From Minisyncoccota bacterium (lineage in GTDB: Bacteria; Patescibacteriota; Minisyncoccia; Phycocordibacterales; GCA-2747955), in NCBI GenBank assembly GCA_020628915.1, contig JAHDEI010000003.1:1859-65858 (forward strand): a stretch of DNA of 64,000 nucleotides. Reading direction: 5' to 3'. Below are positions 25,444 to 35,733 of the stretch, in pieces. Positions within the stretch are counted from its first letter, which is position 1. Every line of letters begins with the position of its first letter. Below the pieces are notes generated by a model that was not told the origin of the DNA, made no database searches, and was given only the letters and a program-made list of their open reading frames with translations. A program made the position numbers and the translations under genes.

Positions 25444-25821
25444 ATGGGAAAGAAATACACAAAGCATCTGCAAATTGGGCAGATGGGTGAAAATATTGCC
25501 TGCGAATTCTTAAAGAACAAAGGGTTTTTGATAGTTGAGACAAACGCGAGGCAAAAGTGGGGAGGACTCGACATTGTTAGTAAGAACAAAAAGACAGGGA
25601 TAACTCACATTGTTGAGGTCAAGACAGTGCGTGGCGCCAAAGGCGCCACGCTGGTATCCCCGTCAGAAAACCTTACTCGCGCAAAATTAGAAAAACTAGA
25701 GAGGGCAGCAATATTATATTGTCAGGAGAATTGTATACAGGATTGGCAACTAGATATGGTCCTTGTTTGGCTTGATGAAGATAACCGTAAAGCAGAAATT
25801 AGACACGAACAAATTTTTTGA
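25444..25821 (+). CDS. YraN/UPF0102 family endonuclease-like protein.
   Basis: GENIACEFLKNKGFLIVETNARQKWGGLDIVSKNK...HIVEVKTVRG matches the G.xGE..A...L...G..I...N.R...GE.D....FVEVK.R pattern of the YraN family. Confidence 0.55.
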   Translation: MGKKYTKHLQIGQMGENIACEFLKNKGFLIVETNARQKWGGLDIVSKNKKTGITHIVEVKTVRGAKGATLVSPSENLTRAKLEKLERAAILYCQENCIQDWQLDMVLVWLDEDNRKAEIRHEQIF

Positions 25822-25874
25822 CAAATACTAAATTTTTCCGTATTATTCTTTTTAGAAAAGAGTGGAGAATAAAC

Positions 25875-26498
25875 ATGTCTCAAAAAAATGATGACAGTCA
25901 GACAAATTTATTGATTGAGTTATTACAACATCGCCTCGATAACTATGGATGGGCACCACCCAAATATCGTAGGAATAAGATGGTTATTGCAAAGCATTTT
26001 AGATCAATGATTGAGAATCAAGATTTTGATCTCACGGCCCACGCTCGGGGATGTAGTGTCGCAACCCCATGTTACAAGTGCTCCTTTTTTGCTGAGGTGC
26101 GTTCAAGTCGGTTAGATGCGTTTGAAATTATTAGACTGTGTTCAAAAATTGCTGGAAGTGATTTGGCCAAAATCTTTTCAAGAACGAAGGGAGTTCGAAT
26201 TACGCACTATGATGTTCGTTATGCATATAATCTCGTGCGAGCAACATTAATTCACCGAGCTAATTTTTTAGAAGATTTTGCAGAAATGACAAAGGAAGAA
26301 TTCATGACTCCTAGCGGTCTGGCACTTTCTTCGTATTTAGATGTATCAAATTTGCTGGCTGCTCATGGACTGGTTTTCAAGGGAGAAGATCGTCCCTGGA
26401 TTATCGAGTCAGCTGATGCCTTGAAAGACGATGATATAGCTGCCCTTGCCTTTGTTTCAAAAAAGCTTGGGATCCAACCAAGACAAATCGCCCAGTAA
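25875..26498 (+). CDS. Hypothetical protein (207 aa).
   Basis: GAGTGGAGAA ribosome-binding site before the ATG at 25875. The track start 25818 overlaps the yraN stop (ATGA), so the two genes may be translationally coupled. A terminator (cgccc-agtaa-gggcg-atttttt) follows at 26489-26510. Confidence 0.45.
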   Translation: MSQKNDDSQTNLLIELLQHRLDNYGWAPPKYRRNKMVIAKHFRSMIENQDFDLTAHARGCSVATPCYKCSFFAEVRSSRLDAFEIIRLCSKIAGSDLAKIFSRTKGVRITHYDVRYAYNLVRATLIHRANFLEDFAEMTKEEFMTPSGLALSSYLDVSNLLAAHGLVFKGEDRPWIIESADALKDDDIAALAFVSKKLGIQPRQIAQ

Positions 26499-26508
26499 GG
26501 GCGATTTT

Positions 26509-26703
26509 TTAATGACATTGAATTGGTCCGACCAGAAAATCTGATCGCATGGTCCGGGCGATGTTTTCATCAATGGCTCGATTTTCTCTGATAGTTTTTT
26601 CAGACAATTCCCATCCGGGAATATTAGATTGTTCAATCATTTTTGCAGTAACGTGGACGACATTTGGAAAATCCGCAATTGACCCGTAACGCTGTTTTGA
26701 CAT
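26509..26703 (-). CDS. Small hypothetical protein (64 aa).
   Basis: Good AAAGGAG ribosome-binding site 5 nt upstream of the ATG at 26703. Nothing else supports it. Confidence 0.35.
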   Translation of the reverse strand: MSKQRYGSIADFPNVVHVTAKMIEQSNIPGWELSEKTIRENRAIDENIARTMRSDFLVGPIQCH

Positions 26704-26776
26704 AAGAGCTCCTTTTCTTTGCTTTTTGTATCATAACAAAAACGCGAGCCGGTCGGCTCGCGTTTTTATTTTGGTT

Positions 26777-27370
26777 TTAGATTTTTCCAACCAAATCAAT
26801 CCCCGGCTCAAGAGTATCTTTTCCTGGTTCCCACGATGCAGGACATACCATTCCGTCGTTTTCTGCTACAAATTTTGCAGCTTTAACTTTTCGTAATAAT
26901 TCTTGTGCTGATCGTCCGATTGAGTTGTCATTTACTTCTGATAGTTTCAGGACTCCTTCTGGGTCGATAACAAATGTTCCACGGAGAGACATCCCTTCGT
27001 CTTCGATGTATGTGTCAAAAGTCATACACATCTCACCTGTTGGGTCTGCTGCCATTGGGTAGGTAATTTTTTTGATCGCCTCCGAGTGATCATGCCATGC
27101 CTTGTGTGTGAATACTGTATCTGTTGAGACAGAGATGACTTCTGCTCCTTCGGCTTTGAATAGTTCATAGGCATTTGCCATTTCTTCTAATTCCGTGGGA
27201 CACACAAATGTAAAGTCTGCAGGGTAGAAAAATAGAATTAACCATTTTCCTTTGTAATCTGAGATTTTTGCTTTTTTAAATTCGTTATTGTGAAAATATT
27301 CGAATTCTAAATCTGGTACCGGGAACCCAACATGTGCGTGCATCGGTGCTGTTTTTTCTGAATGTTCCAT
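26777..27370 (-). CDS. Peroxiredoxin (typical 2-Cys, AhpC/TSA family).
   Basis: FYPADFTFVCPTEL peroxidatic Cys motif. A C-terminal resolving Cys lies in GMVCPASW. A bidirectional terminator (aaaacgcgagccg-gtcg-gctcgcgttttt) lies downstream at 26737-26768. Confidence 0.85.
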   Translation of the reverse strand: MEHSEKTAPMHAHVGFPVPDLEFEYFHNNEFKKAKISDYKGKWLILFFYPADFTFVCPTELEEMANAYELFKAEGAEVISVSTDTVFTHKAWHDHSEAIKKITYPMAADPTGEMCMTFDTYIEDEGMSLRGTFVIDPEGVLKLSEVNDNSIGRSAQELLRKVKAAKFVAENDGMVCPASWEPGKDTLEPGIDLVGKI

Positions 27371-27407
27371 AATAATGTTTCAGTTATTTTTCTTTTAATC
27401 TAACGTT

Positions 27408-28370
27408 TTGCATTATATCATTGGCATATATATGAAGCTACGAAATATCTTACCCACTTTATTCACAAAAAAGAAGAAGGCCCTGGTAATTGTGGGACCA
27501 ACTGCGTCAGGAAAATCTTCTTTGGCTATTGAGGTTGCAAAGAAATACAATGGTGAGATTATTTCATGTGACTCGAGGCAAATATACAAAGGGCTCGAAA
27601 TCTTTTCAGGTGCAGTTACTGATGAAACATCTGATGGTGTGAAACACCATATTGTTTCACTAGTAGAGCCAGGCGAAACATTTTCGGCTGATTGTTTCAC
27701 AAAAGAGGCGCTCAGATATATTGATCAAATAACAGAAAAAGAAAAATTACCAATAGTTGCTGGAGGTACAGGGTTTTGGGCGCAGTCATTGTTGTATGAA
27801 TCAGTGTTCCCTCAGGTTGAGCCAGATTATGCGTTTCGTGAAACACTAGAGAGTTACACAATAAAAGATTTGTTAGAAATGTTGAAACAACAAGACCCAG
27901 AACGTGCCAAGACTGTTGACCCTCAGAATAAAAAGCGGATCATTCGTTCATTAGAGATAGTGCGCGCGGTTGGTAAGGTGCCACGTGCCAAGCATGTTTC
28001 ACGCAAAGGTTACACATTTGTTTTGGTTTATCTTAGTCCAGAAAAAGAAATTTTAGACAAGAGGATAAGAAACAATGTTTCGGCAAGGATGGACCAAGGA
28101 TTGATCAAAGAATCAGAGCAAGCTTTGGCTAATTTGAACGAACAACAAATAATCGAATTGGGCCTTGGATTTAAACATGTTTTAGATTTGCAAAGTGGTA
28201 AAATCAGCCGAGCTGATTTTGCCGCCCTCATGGTTCAGCAAGAGATTGGTTATGCCAAGCGCCAGAAAACTTTTTTTAAAAAACTTTTTAAAAAATACCG
28301 GGGACCAAAAATTCACATAACAGATATGGATTCACATGTGCGCCTGAAAAAAACAGAGTCTCTGTTATAA
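27408..28370 (+). CDS. miaA: tRNA dimethylallyltransferase.
   Basis: P-loop VIVGPTASGKSSLAIEVAKK..EIISCDSRQIYKGLEI..AGGTGFW. The start may instead be the ATG at 27429 (MKLRN...). Confidence 0.8.
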   Translation: MHYIIGIYMKLRNILPTLFTKKKKALVIVGPTASGKSSLAIEVAKKYNGEIISCDSRQIYKGLEIFSGAVTDETSDGVKHHIVSLVEPGETFSADCFTKEALRYIDQITEKEKLPIVAGGTGFWAQSLLYESVFPQVEPDYAFRETLESYTIKDLLEMLKQQDPERAKTVDPQNKKRIIRSLEIVRAVGKVPRAKHVSRKGYTFVLVYLSPEKEILDKRIRNNVSARMDQGLIKESEQALANLNEQQIIELGLGFKHVLDLQSGKISRADFAALMVQQEIGYAKRQKTFFKKLFKKYRGPKIHITDMDSHVRLKKTESLL

Positions 28371-28443
28371 TTAGACCTTAGAGGACCTTTGCAGCAGCAC
28401 TGGTCTTTTCTCTTGCAAAAATGAAACAACAAGGAGACAAGAC

Positions 28444-28812
28444 ATGCAGCAAGATATACAAACAATGGAAGATGTTTACAATATTGAATTAGGAGAGTTT
28501 CACCCTTTTGCTTCTTTTGCAGAAAGTTCAGGGATGGTGAGATGTTACATCGAAGACGCTTCGGTAACCGAAGGCGGGACCGAACCTTGGAACAGTCCGC
28601 ACCTGTTTGAAACAGGGAGAAAGAATCATTTGCCCGATGGTGCGCGCGAGTATGTTGCTTTATTATTTTGGACAAATGGAGTTGTGCCAAAAGTAGGAGA
28701 GCTAGTAGGTGATTTTCTTGCAAGATTACAAATTCATAATCGTAGGCTCAGACAATTACCTGAGGGCTTGATAGAGAAATTCTCTCAGCTGGAGATATCT
28801 CACGGCGTTTAG
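28444..28812 (+). CDS. Hypothetical protein (122 aa).
   Basis: ACAAGGAGACAAGACATG ribosome-binding site. A terminator (caactggcacc-aataa-ggtgccagtttttt) follows at 28816-28846. Confidence 0.45.
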   Translation: MQQDIQTMEDVYNIELGEFHPFASFAESSGMVRCYIEDASVTEGGTEPWNSPHLFETGRKNHLPDGAREYVALLFWTNGVVPKVGELVGDFLARLQIHNRRLRQLPEGLIEKFSQLEISHGV

Positions 28813-28884
28813 GTACAACTGGCACCAATAAGGTGCCAGTTTTTTGTTGATTGCTGCGAACAGAAAGGGTGATATACTTTTTAT

Positions 28885-29919
28885 ATGAAAAGACTAGCAA
28901 TTGTTTTGTGTTTTGTTTTTGCGCCAGCATTTGTTTCAGCACAACTGGTGCAACAAGACGTTTCAGTTGATATCACTCCTTCATCTCCTGAGCCGGGGGA
29001 TCGTATTTCTATTGTTATTGAATCATTTGCCGTCAGCCTTGATCGATCTCAGATTTCGTGGGTTCTGGATGGGGCTGTTGCTCAAAAGGCAGTCGGAGAT
29101 AAAGACTTTGGTTTTACCGCTGGTGCAATAGGAACTACACATGATTTAAAAATCGTAATTGAGACACCTGCATCCGGAACTATCACCAAAGAGGTGACCA
29201 TCAGGCCAGCGAGTGTTGATCTATTGTGGGAAGCCATTGATTCATATGTCCCACCTTTATATAAAGGAAAAGCATTAAATGCGCACGACAGTGGAGTTCG
29301 TGTTGCAGCCCTGCCGTATTTTGTTGATGGCGCCGGGAGACAAATAAATCCAGAATCACTTATTTATACATGGACCGTGAACAAAAAAGTTCAACAAAGT
29401 GCATCCGGATTTGGGAAAAATACATTTTCATTCCCTGGGCCTTCATTGTACCGAGATTCACTTGTAACCGTTGACGTTGAATCACCAGATGGATCGTGGA
29501 CAGCCAGGAGGTCTCTTAATTTAGAAGCACAACCTCCAAAAATTTTGTTTTATCAAAAAAATCCACTGTTTGGAATTGCACTACTGCGACCTTTTGATTC
29601 AGGGATAACTACACTGACCGAAGACGAGATGGTGGTCCGTGCAGAACCATATTTTTTCTCAGACATAACCAACAGGCAAGATGTTGATTATGATTGGCGA
29701 ATTGATGGAAAAGAAATTTTAACTATTGGAAACAGAAACGAAATTAACGTTCGGCGGCCTGAGGTTGGATCAGGGCGGTCAAGCATCTCACTTGAAATCA
29801 AACACATCAGAAAAATTCTACAGTTTGCAAGAAATTCATTCACCATGTTCTTTGACGATAGAGAGCCATCAGAACAGCCATCTGAAAATCTCGGAGACGT
29901 AAACTTCTTTGGAAACTAA
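28885..29919 (+). CDS. Secreted hypothetical protein (344 aa).
   Basis: Signal peptide MKRLAIVLCFVFAPAFVSAQ. Beta-rich composition. Confidence 0.5.
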   Translation: MKRLAIVLCFVFAPAFVSAQLVQQDVSVDITPSSPEPGDRISIVIESFAVSLDRSQISWVLDGAVAQKAVGDKDFGFTAGAIGTTHDLKIVIETPASGTITKEVTIRPASVDLLWEAIDSYVPPLYKGKALNAHDSGVRVAALPYFVDGAGRQINPESLIYTWTVNKKVQQSASGFGKNTFSFPGPSLYRDSLVTVDVESPDGSWTARRSLNLEAQPPKILFYQKNPLFGIALLRPFDSGITTLTEDEMVVRAEPYFFSDITNRQDVDYDWRIDGKEILTIGNRNEINVRRPEVGSGRSSISLEIKHIRKILQFARNSFTMFFDDREPSEQPSENLGDVNFFGN

Positions 29920-29946
29920 AAAAGCGCGCCACGGGCGCGCTTTAAT
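29919..29946. terminator. Bidirectional terminator. A near-identical copy lies at 30595-30622.
   Basis: aaaaagcgcgcc-acgg-gcgcgcttta. It is embedded in a longer palindrome that includes the stop codons of both convergent genes (ttggaaactaaaaaa ... ttttttagtttccaa). Confidence 0.75.
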
Positions 29947-29949
29947 TTT

Positions 29950-30537
29950 TTAGTTTCCAACAAACATGAATTGGAACATTTGTTGCCAGCTTTCTTTTTT
30001 AAATATCCATTTAATACTCGCTATTGCAACAAACATGCTCAAGCTTATCAAGCCTACAACAGTAGCCGTCACAGTGTTTACGAAAATACATATCACTCCA
30101 CAGAGGATTGTTGTTAACAAAACAGCCTCACGAGAGTTTAGTCCACCGAATATGCTGAAGGCTAGTATGGGTATCGCTGCACAGAAGCCGCCAACATAAA
30201 TACCAAATATTGCCATCAGTCCAATTGGAATTCCAAAGCAGATAAAAAGAATCCTATCTTTTGGGTTTACTTCGTTGGTGATTAATCCAAATTGATACCC
30301 CAAGAGAAACAAGCAGACGAAGCTCATGACTAGGTCAGCTGCCCAATTGTACGGAACCGGAGATGTGAACCAAATTTCACCATCAGCCACAAATGGGCTG
30401 TGTGCGGCAATATCAAACCCGGCTCTTTTTCCGATAAGAATCAATGCGAGGATTATAATTGATCCAAAGATAGACCAACGAACACCAAGGGTGCTTTCGC
30501 TGTTTTTTAGTTTCAAAAAGGTCATCATTCTCTCCAT
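29950..30537 (-). CDS. Polytopic membrane protein, hypothetical (195 aa).
   Basis: Five to six hydrophobic helices. Flanked by the two near-identical GC-rich terminator hairpins. Confidence 0.5.
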   Translation of the reverse strand: MERMMTFLKLKNSESTLGVRWSIFGSIIILALILIGKRAGFDIAAHSPFVADGEIWFTSPVPYNWAADLVMSFVCLFLLGYQFGLITNEVNPKDRILFICFGIPIGLMAIFGIYVGGFCAAIPILAFSIFGGLNSREAVLLTTILCGVICIFVNTVTATVVGLISLSMFVAIASIKWIFKKESWQQMFQFMFVGN

Positions 30538-30594
30538 TTATGACTGATTTAATTATACCTTTAATAAGTATATTGTCAATAAATAAATCAATTA

Positions 30595-30622
30595 AAAAAG
30601 CGCGCCATGAGCGCGCTTTTAT
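30595..30622. terminator. Terminator hairpin, the second copy of the aaaaagcgcgccaNNNgcgcgctttt motif.
   Basis: aaaaagcgcgcc-atga-gcgcgctttta. Confidence 0.7.
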
Positions 30623-30925
30623 CTACAAAATCATACTACCGTTCCATCCAGCCGCAGCAAAGCACAGTGTAGTAAGAATCACCTCGGAGAGATTTTCTTC
30701 TAGATCCTTCCGTAATCTCTCTTTTGTTGTGGAAACCAAGAATACGAGACCGATTATTAATCCAAGACTCATCCCAATTATCTGAAACATTAGTTTATTG
30801 TCTGCTGTGATTTCAATCGAGTTTATATTATAAGCAGTAGAGAGCACCGCGCTAAAAAAGAATGTCATGATTGCAAACATTGCCATGTAATAGAGCGTAC
30901 CTTTTAGTATTCGAGCCATCTTCAT
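30623..30925 (-). CDS. Small membrane protein, hypothetical (100 aa).
   Basis: Three TM helices. GGAG ribosome-binding site upstream. Confidence 0.4.
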   Translation of the reverse strand: MKMARILKGTLYYMAMFAIMTFFFSAVLSTAYNINSIEITADNKLMFQIIGMSLGLIIGLVFLVSTTKERLRKDLEENLSEVILTTLCFAAAGWNGSMIL

Positions 30926-31015
30926 CTCCTTTCATCTGGTTGCTATCATATTGCTGTAAATACACTTTGTCAATCAATTGGTTTTGATGATCTTTTAATT
31001 TATACTTAATCTACT

Positions 31016-33829
31016 ATGCCTCCGGGAGCTCCAAAATTTAACAAAGCAGAACGAATCAATACACCAAAACAAGAATTAGAGGTGTTTAAACAATCTGTCC
31101 AAGATACGATGGATCAAGTGTACGGACGCTCTTTTGAGGAGACTCCGGCGTCTATTCAACACGATGTTGTTAAAAAGGCATTGGACGAACACTTTGATGC
31201 GTTTATAGATAACAAATTCTCTAATCCATTTGATAAGCAAAAGCAGGCTGAAAAAATTGTTCTTGAGCTAACTCCAGATGAAGATGATGACAAGATGGGA
31301 GAACTTTTGGGATTAATTCATGAGGTAGGAATTATCTCAACACTCAAGGTAATCGAAAAGACTGCGTCATTTCATGTCAAAGATGACCTGCACAGAATGC
31401 TAGTTCAATACATTAAAGAAGGGTATCCAGTCAAAGACCTTTCTGAAAAATCTCCTATCACACCAGGGCTCAACATGACGTTGTTCGAGATTTATCTTCC
31501 TGAAAAAGAACAAGATCCTGAAGAAAAAAAGAAGGACCTGAAAACCCTCCTTTCTTCGATGGAGCAGTTTTACGCTGGGATGCGTTCGGTTGCTGATGCG
31601 AAACATCCTGACAACTATCTCTCTGTAGAGGTTGCCTTGCCGCAGGGTCGTGACGAAATTGTTTTTTATTGTGCTGTGCCTGACTCAAAGGTGTCTATTT
31701 TGCGCAGTCAACTGATTGCTATTTTCCCAGGAATCAAAATCATCGAATCAACAGATGACTATAATATTTTTAATAAAAAAGAACACATTGCCGCATCCGT
31801 TGCTGAATTAAAAAAAGTGGACCTGCTGCCAATCAAATTGTACGAAGAATTTGATTATGATCCACTTAACATTATCTTAGAGTCGTTTTCTTCGTTGCAG
31901 CGTGAAGAAGGGGCATCGGTGCAGATCATGCTTTCCCCTGATGAAGAACAAATCTCAGATCGAATTTACAAAGCAATCGAACGGCTAGAAAAGGGTGAGC
32001 CTATCGAAGACGCACTGGTACTCAAAGATTCAATGTTCCGTGGTTTTTCAAAGGCGATGTCTGGTGCATTTGATAACAGATCAAAAGAACAAAAAGAAAA
32101 AGACGAAATCAAGAAAAAAGAACTAGCTGGCCGGACCGACAGGCGCGAATTAATTGACGCACTGCAGAAGAAAAATTCAGGATCACTATTTAGAACAAAC
32201 GTGCGGATTATCACAGCGGGTAATTCAGATGCCCACGCAGAAGCAATCCTTTCCGGGATCGAATCGTCATTTAATCAGTTCGAAAACACAACAGGAAACC
32301 GATTTGTATTTGATAGAAAGAAAAAAGGAGAGTTGCGTCGAGTGATCCAAAACTTTACGTTCCGTGTGTTTAATAAGCGTGATCTGATGCATCTCAACAC
32401 AAGAGAGCTGACTACTATGCTTCACTTCCATGCGAAACCAGAATCAGGGTCTGATCTTCTTAAGACCTCGAATTCATCTAGTTCAGGTGCTTCGGTTAAA
32501 ACCATTTCTCAATCAACTGATACTCATGGGCTGGTTACTCCTGGAAAAATTTTGTTGGGAATCAACAAGCACCAAGGATCCGAGAACAGAATTTTTATGA
32601 ACGCCAAGGATCGTGTCAGGCATATGTACATCATCGGACAAACTGGTACAGGTAAGTCTGGTCTTTTGCAGAACATGGTGATCCAAGACATTAAAAATGG
32701 AGACGGGTGTTGCTTCATCGACCCCCATGGATCTGATGTCCAAGATATTTTGGCAAATATTCCTCCTGAACGGTATGAAGACGTGATTTACTTTGATCCT
32801 GCAGATCTTGACCGACCAATGGGCATGAATATGCTCGAGTACGACCCAGCATACCCAGAACAAAAGACGTTTGTTGTAAACGAACTCCTTTCGATCTTCA
32901 GGAAACTGTATGGCTCAGTTCCAGAATCTATGGGTCCAGCATTTGAGCAATATTTCCGAAACGCAACAATGCTTGTGATGGAGGATCCAGCATCTGGAAA
33001 TACCATGTTCGAAATTTCTCGCGTACTGTCTGATCCTGCATTCCGTGCACTCAAATTGGCTCGATGTAACAACATGGTTGTGAAACAATTTTGGGAGAAA
33101 ATTGCGACTCAGGCAGGGGGGGACGCTGCTTTGGAAAATATTGTTCCGTACATCACTAACAAATTTGATGTATTTATGGCGAATGATTTTATGCGACCAA
33201 TTATCGCGCAAGAGCAATCGGCGTTTAATTTCCGCGATATTATGGACAATAAAAAGATCTTGTTGGTGAACCTTTCAAAGGGTCGATTAGGCGAGCTAAA
33301 CTCGAATATGATTGGTCTGATCATTGTTGGAAAGATTTTGATGGCAGCGCTGTCTCGGGTAACCTCGCTTGACCAAGACCTGCCACCGTTCTATTTATAT
33401 ATTGATGAGTTCCAAAACATTACAACCGATTCGATTTCTCAGATTCTGTCTGAAGCTCGGAAATACGGACTCTCGCTCAACGTTGCTCACCAGTTTATTA
33501 AACAGTTGGACGAAGGAATTCGGGATTCTGTATTTGGTAACGTTGGATCAATGGCGTCATTCCGTATCTCAGCCGAAGATGCAGAATTTATGGAAAAATA
33601 TTTTGCACCAGCATTCACAGCAAAAGATATTATGAATATCGAGAACTTTAACGCGTATGTAAAAATGCTTGTTAACGGGTCTCCTGAGAAACCATTTAAT
33701 ATCGCAACCATCGCACCACCACAAGGTAACCCAGCAATTCGTGACGAGATCAAGAAACTCTCAGCTCTCAAATATGGAAAACCACGCGCAGAAATTGAAG
33801 CACTGGTCCAAAAGAAATTTATGCTTTAA
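31016..33829 (+). CDS. Large ATPase of the TraD/TraG/VirD4 coupling-protein type (TrwB_AAD_bind / AAA_10-like), with a unique N-terminal domain of about 500 aa.
   Basis: Walker A MYIIGQTGTGKSGLLQNM...CCFIDPHGSD, Walker B LYIDEFQNI, and a TraG-D_C-like segment SEARKYGLSLNVAHQFIKQLDEGIRDSVFGNVGSMASFRIS. The protein is 937 aa. Confidence 0.55.
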   Translation: MPPGAPKFNKAERINTPKQELEVFKQSVQDTMDQVYGRSFEETPASIQHDVVKKALDEHFDAFIDNKFSNPFDKQKQAEKIVLELTPDEDDDKMGELLGLIHEVGIISTLKVIEKTASFHVKDDLHRMLVQYIKEGYPVKDLSEKSPITPGLNMTLFEIYLPEKEQDPEEKKKDLKTLLSSMEQFYAGMRSVADAKHPDNYLSVEVALPQGRDEIVFYCAVPDSKVSILRSQLIAIFPGIKIIESTDDYNIFNKKEHIAASVAELKKVDLLPIKLYEEFDYDPLNIILESFSSLQREEGASVQIMLSPDEEQISDRIYKAIERLEKGEPIEDALVLKDSMFRGFSKAMSGAFDNRSKEQKEKDEIKKKELAGRTDRRELIDALQKKNSGSLFRTNVRIITAGNSDAHAEAILSGIESSFNQFENTTGNRFVFDRKKKGELRRVIQNFTFRVFNKRDLMHLNTRELTTMLHFHAKPESGSDLLKTSNSSSSGASVKTISQSTDTHGLVTPGKILLGINKHQGSENRIFMNAKDRVRHMYIIGQTGTGKSGLLQNMVIQDIKNGDGCCFIDPHGSDVQDILANIPPERYEDVIYFDPADLDRPMGMNMLEYDPAYPEQKTFVVNELLSIFRKLYGSVPESMGPAFEQYFRNATMLVMEDPASGNTMFEISRVLSDPAFRALKLARCNNMVVKQFWEKIATQAGGDAALENIVPYITNKFDVFMANDFMRPIIAQEQSAFNFRDIMDNKKILLVNLSKGRLGELNSNMIGLIIVGKILMAALSRVTSLDQDLPPFYLYIDEFQNITTDSISQILSEARKYGLSLNVAHQFIKQLDEGIRDSVFGNVGSMASFRISAEDAEFMEKYFAPAFTAKDIMNIENFNAYVKMLVNGSPEKPFNIATIAPPQGNPAIRDEIKKLSALKYGKPRAEIEALVQKKFML

Positions 33830-33866
33830 GATAGTCTTCCAAAAGGGCTATTTTATTATATAAGTT

Positions 33867-33896
33867 TGACGATACGTCAATAAAATTATATTATGC
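33867..33896 (+). promoter_or_regulatory. Sigma-70-like promoter for the 565-aa orphan gene.
   Basis: TTGACG, a 17-nt spacer, then TATTAT. A CAAGGAGAATAGA ribosome-binding site precedes the ATG at 33928. Confidence 0.45.
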
Positions 33897-33927
33897 GTTA
33901 AGCTTAGATCATTACAAGGAGAATAGA

Positions 33928-35625
33928 ATGACACAAAGTATTCCAAGAGCGCTCGCATTTCATCACCAAGGTGGCGTAATGGAGCAGTTCAGGGTCGCCA
34001 AGAAATTTGGTGGACCAAACGGACGTGTAGCTACTGTTGAAGACATAGTTGATGCACGAATTGCTACTAAAGACCGGTGGGGTTTCCCATGGACAGGTAC
34101 ATTCGTTACTGGGTCACGCGTATATAGTGGGACTAGTAAAGCCGGTGTTCCTTTGTTGGTATTTGCCCATAAAAAGCAGCCAGAACTTGATTCGTACCAT
34201 GAACTTAATCGTTTAGATTGGGAAAATGATGACGTGGGGACTATTAAAGATTGGGCCATCTCACAAGATAAATTTGAGGACTTGATTAATGGTGTCTATG
34301 GTGATGTACATATTGTCGATCTCTCGACATACAAAAATAATTCTGTAGGTAATTCCGCATCAAATCGTTATAAATTTGCTGAAGCCATGGAAAACCCAAT
34401 TATTTTAGGTTTTCTCGGCAGCAAAGCAAAAGAATTTTTGATGACACTACATCAAATGCAACAATCTTGGCTATCGAGACAAAAGCAGGAAGTGCGGGAT
34501 AGTACCGTTATTATGTGCTCTCGCTTATATGATTTCTATATGCGTCATACTAATGCAGGTGAAAAGTATTTCGCATCTAGTGGATATGCAAAGGTGAGAC
34601 CTTTGACGTTTGAAGATGCAGTATTCTACATACCTGATAATAGACATGGTGAACGAATAAATCGGACGACATACGGTCCTGATTTCGGTTGCGCCACTAG
34701 TAGTGGCATTGATGATCTCATATTCAGTCCGTATTACGTCGTGGGAGTTAAAGGCTCTGATCCGATTACTTCAATCGAGCGGCCATTCATTCAGGTCGTT
34801 GGAAATGTGAAAGAGCAGTGGGAACACTTTGTGGAACCAGTTCCAGAAGGTATAGATATTATTGATACGTATACAGGAGTTCAACCCGATGGTTCCAGAG
34901 ATAGACCTTATTACCTGCCTTTTCGTTGGGGAGGTGGAGCACTTGCTTCGTCTCGGATAACAGAGAATGGTGCTGCATCAAACATTCCAGAGTTTCGCCT
35001 TCTCAAAAAAGAAAGAGTAAAATCTAAAGAGGTGGAGTATTCTTGTTCTAGTCGAGAGTATCAGTACCCTTATGTAGATATGTGGGATGCGTGTGTTAAG
35101 GCCATGCCGGAAGAAGCTAACGCAATGAGCTTTGGAGGATCACGAGGAGGAGGTAGTACTCATGGTGTGAATGCGACCAGTACTATCTTTTGGAATGTTG
35201 AGGTAGAAGAGAATCCCTTTAAATTTCTTATGAAATGTGGAGACCGTTTGTTTACTCAGTATTCAGATGAAGACAAGTTAACAAGTCAACCTTGTCAGCT
35301 TGTTGAAAAGAGTCGAGTGATTAAAAGACGCAAAAGATGGGAAATTCCTGAAGAAATTTATCGCTTGACTGATGGGTGCAGAGATATGTGGCCTGTGTAT
35401 GCATATCTTATGGATCAATCTCCAAAAGAAGCAAATTCAGTTTACATTGAAGATAAGTCGGTAGGTTGGGTTGAAAAAAAGAGCAGAAATGTAATGAAAG
35501 TTACAGTCGCTTATTATTATTCAATTTACGGTGACGTTTATTTTCGTCCATTCTCTGTTATTCGTGAAGATGCTGATTGGCAGCTCGAGAGACGCGCGCA
35601 AGCAGGGCTACTCGAAGCAGCTTAG
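33928..35625 (+). CDS. Hypothetical protein (565 aa) with no recognisable motif.
   Basis: Own promoter and ribosome-binding site. A strong terminator (aaaccgacact-cgtat-agtgtcggttttt) follows at 35635-35665. Confidence 0.5.
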   Translation: MTQSIPRALAFHHQGGVMEQFRVAKKFGGPNGRVATVEDIVDARIATKDRWGFPWTGTFVTGSRVYSGTSKAGVPLLVFAHKKQPELDSYHELNRLDWENDDVGTIKDWAISQDKFEDLINGVYGDVHIVDLSTYKNNSVGNSASNRYKFAEAMENPIILGFLGSKAKEFLMTLHQMQQSWLSRQKQEVRDSTVIMCSRLYDFYMRHTNAGEKYFASSGYAKVRPLTFEDAVFYIPDNRHGERINRTTYGPDFGCATSSGIDDLIFSPYYVVGVKGSDPITSIERPFIQVVGNVKEQWEHFVEPVPEGIDIIDTYTGVQPDGSRDRPYYLPFRWGGGALASSRITENGAASNIPEFRLLKKERVKSKEVEYSCSSREYQYPYVDMWDACVKAMPEEANAMSFGGSRGGGSTHGVNATSTIFWNVEVEENPFKFLMKCGDRLFTQYSDEDKLTSQPCQLVEKSRVIKRRKRWEIPEEIYRLTDGCRDMWPVYAYLMDQSPKEANSVYIEDKSVGWVEKKSRNVMKVTVAYYYSIYGDVYFRPFSVIREDADWQLERRAQAGLLEAA

Positions 35626-35733
35626 TTATCTATTAAACCGACACTCGTATAGTGTCGGTTTTTCTTTTATGGGAAAAGTTGGCAGCGTTAATTTTTTGCT
35701 GAATGCTATAATGCTCAAAATTAGAATCTACTT

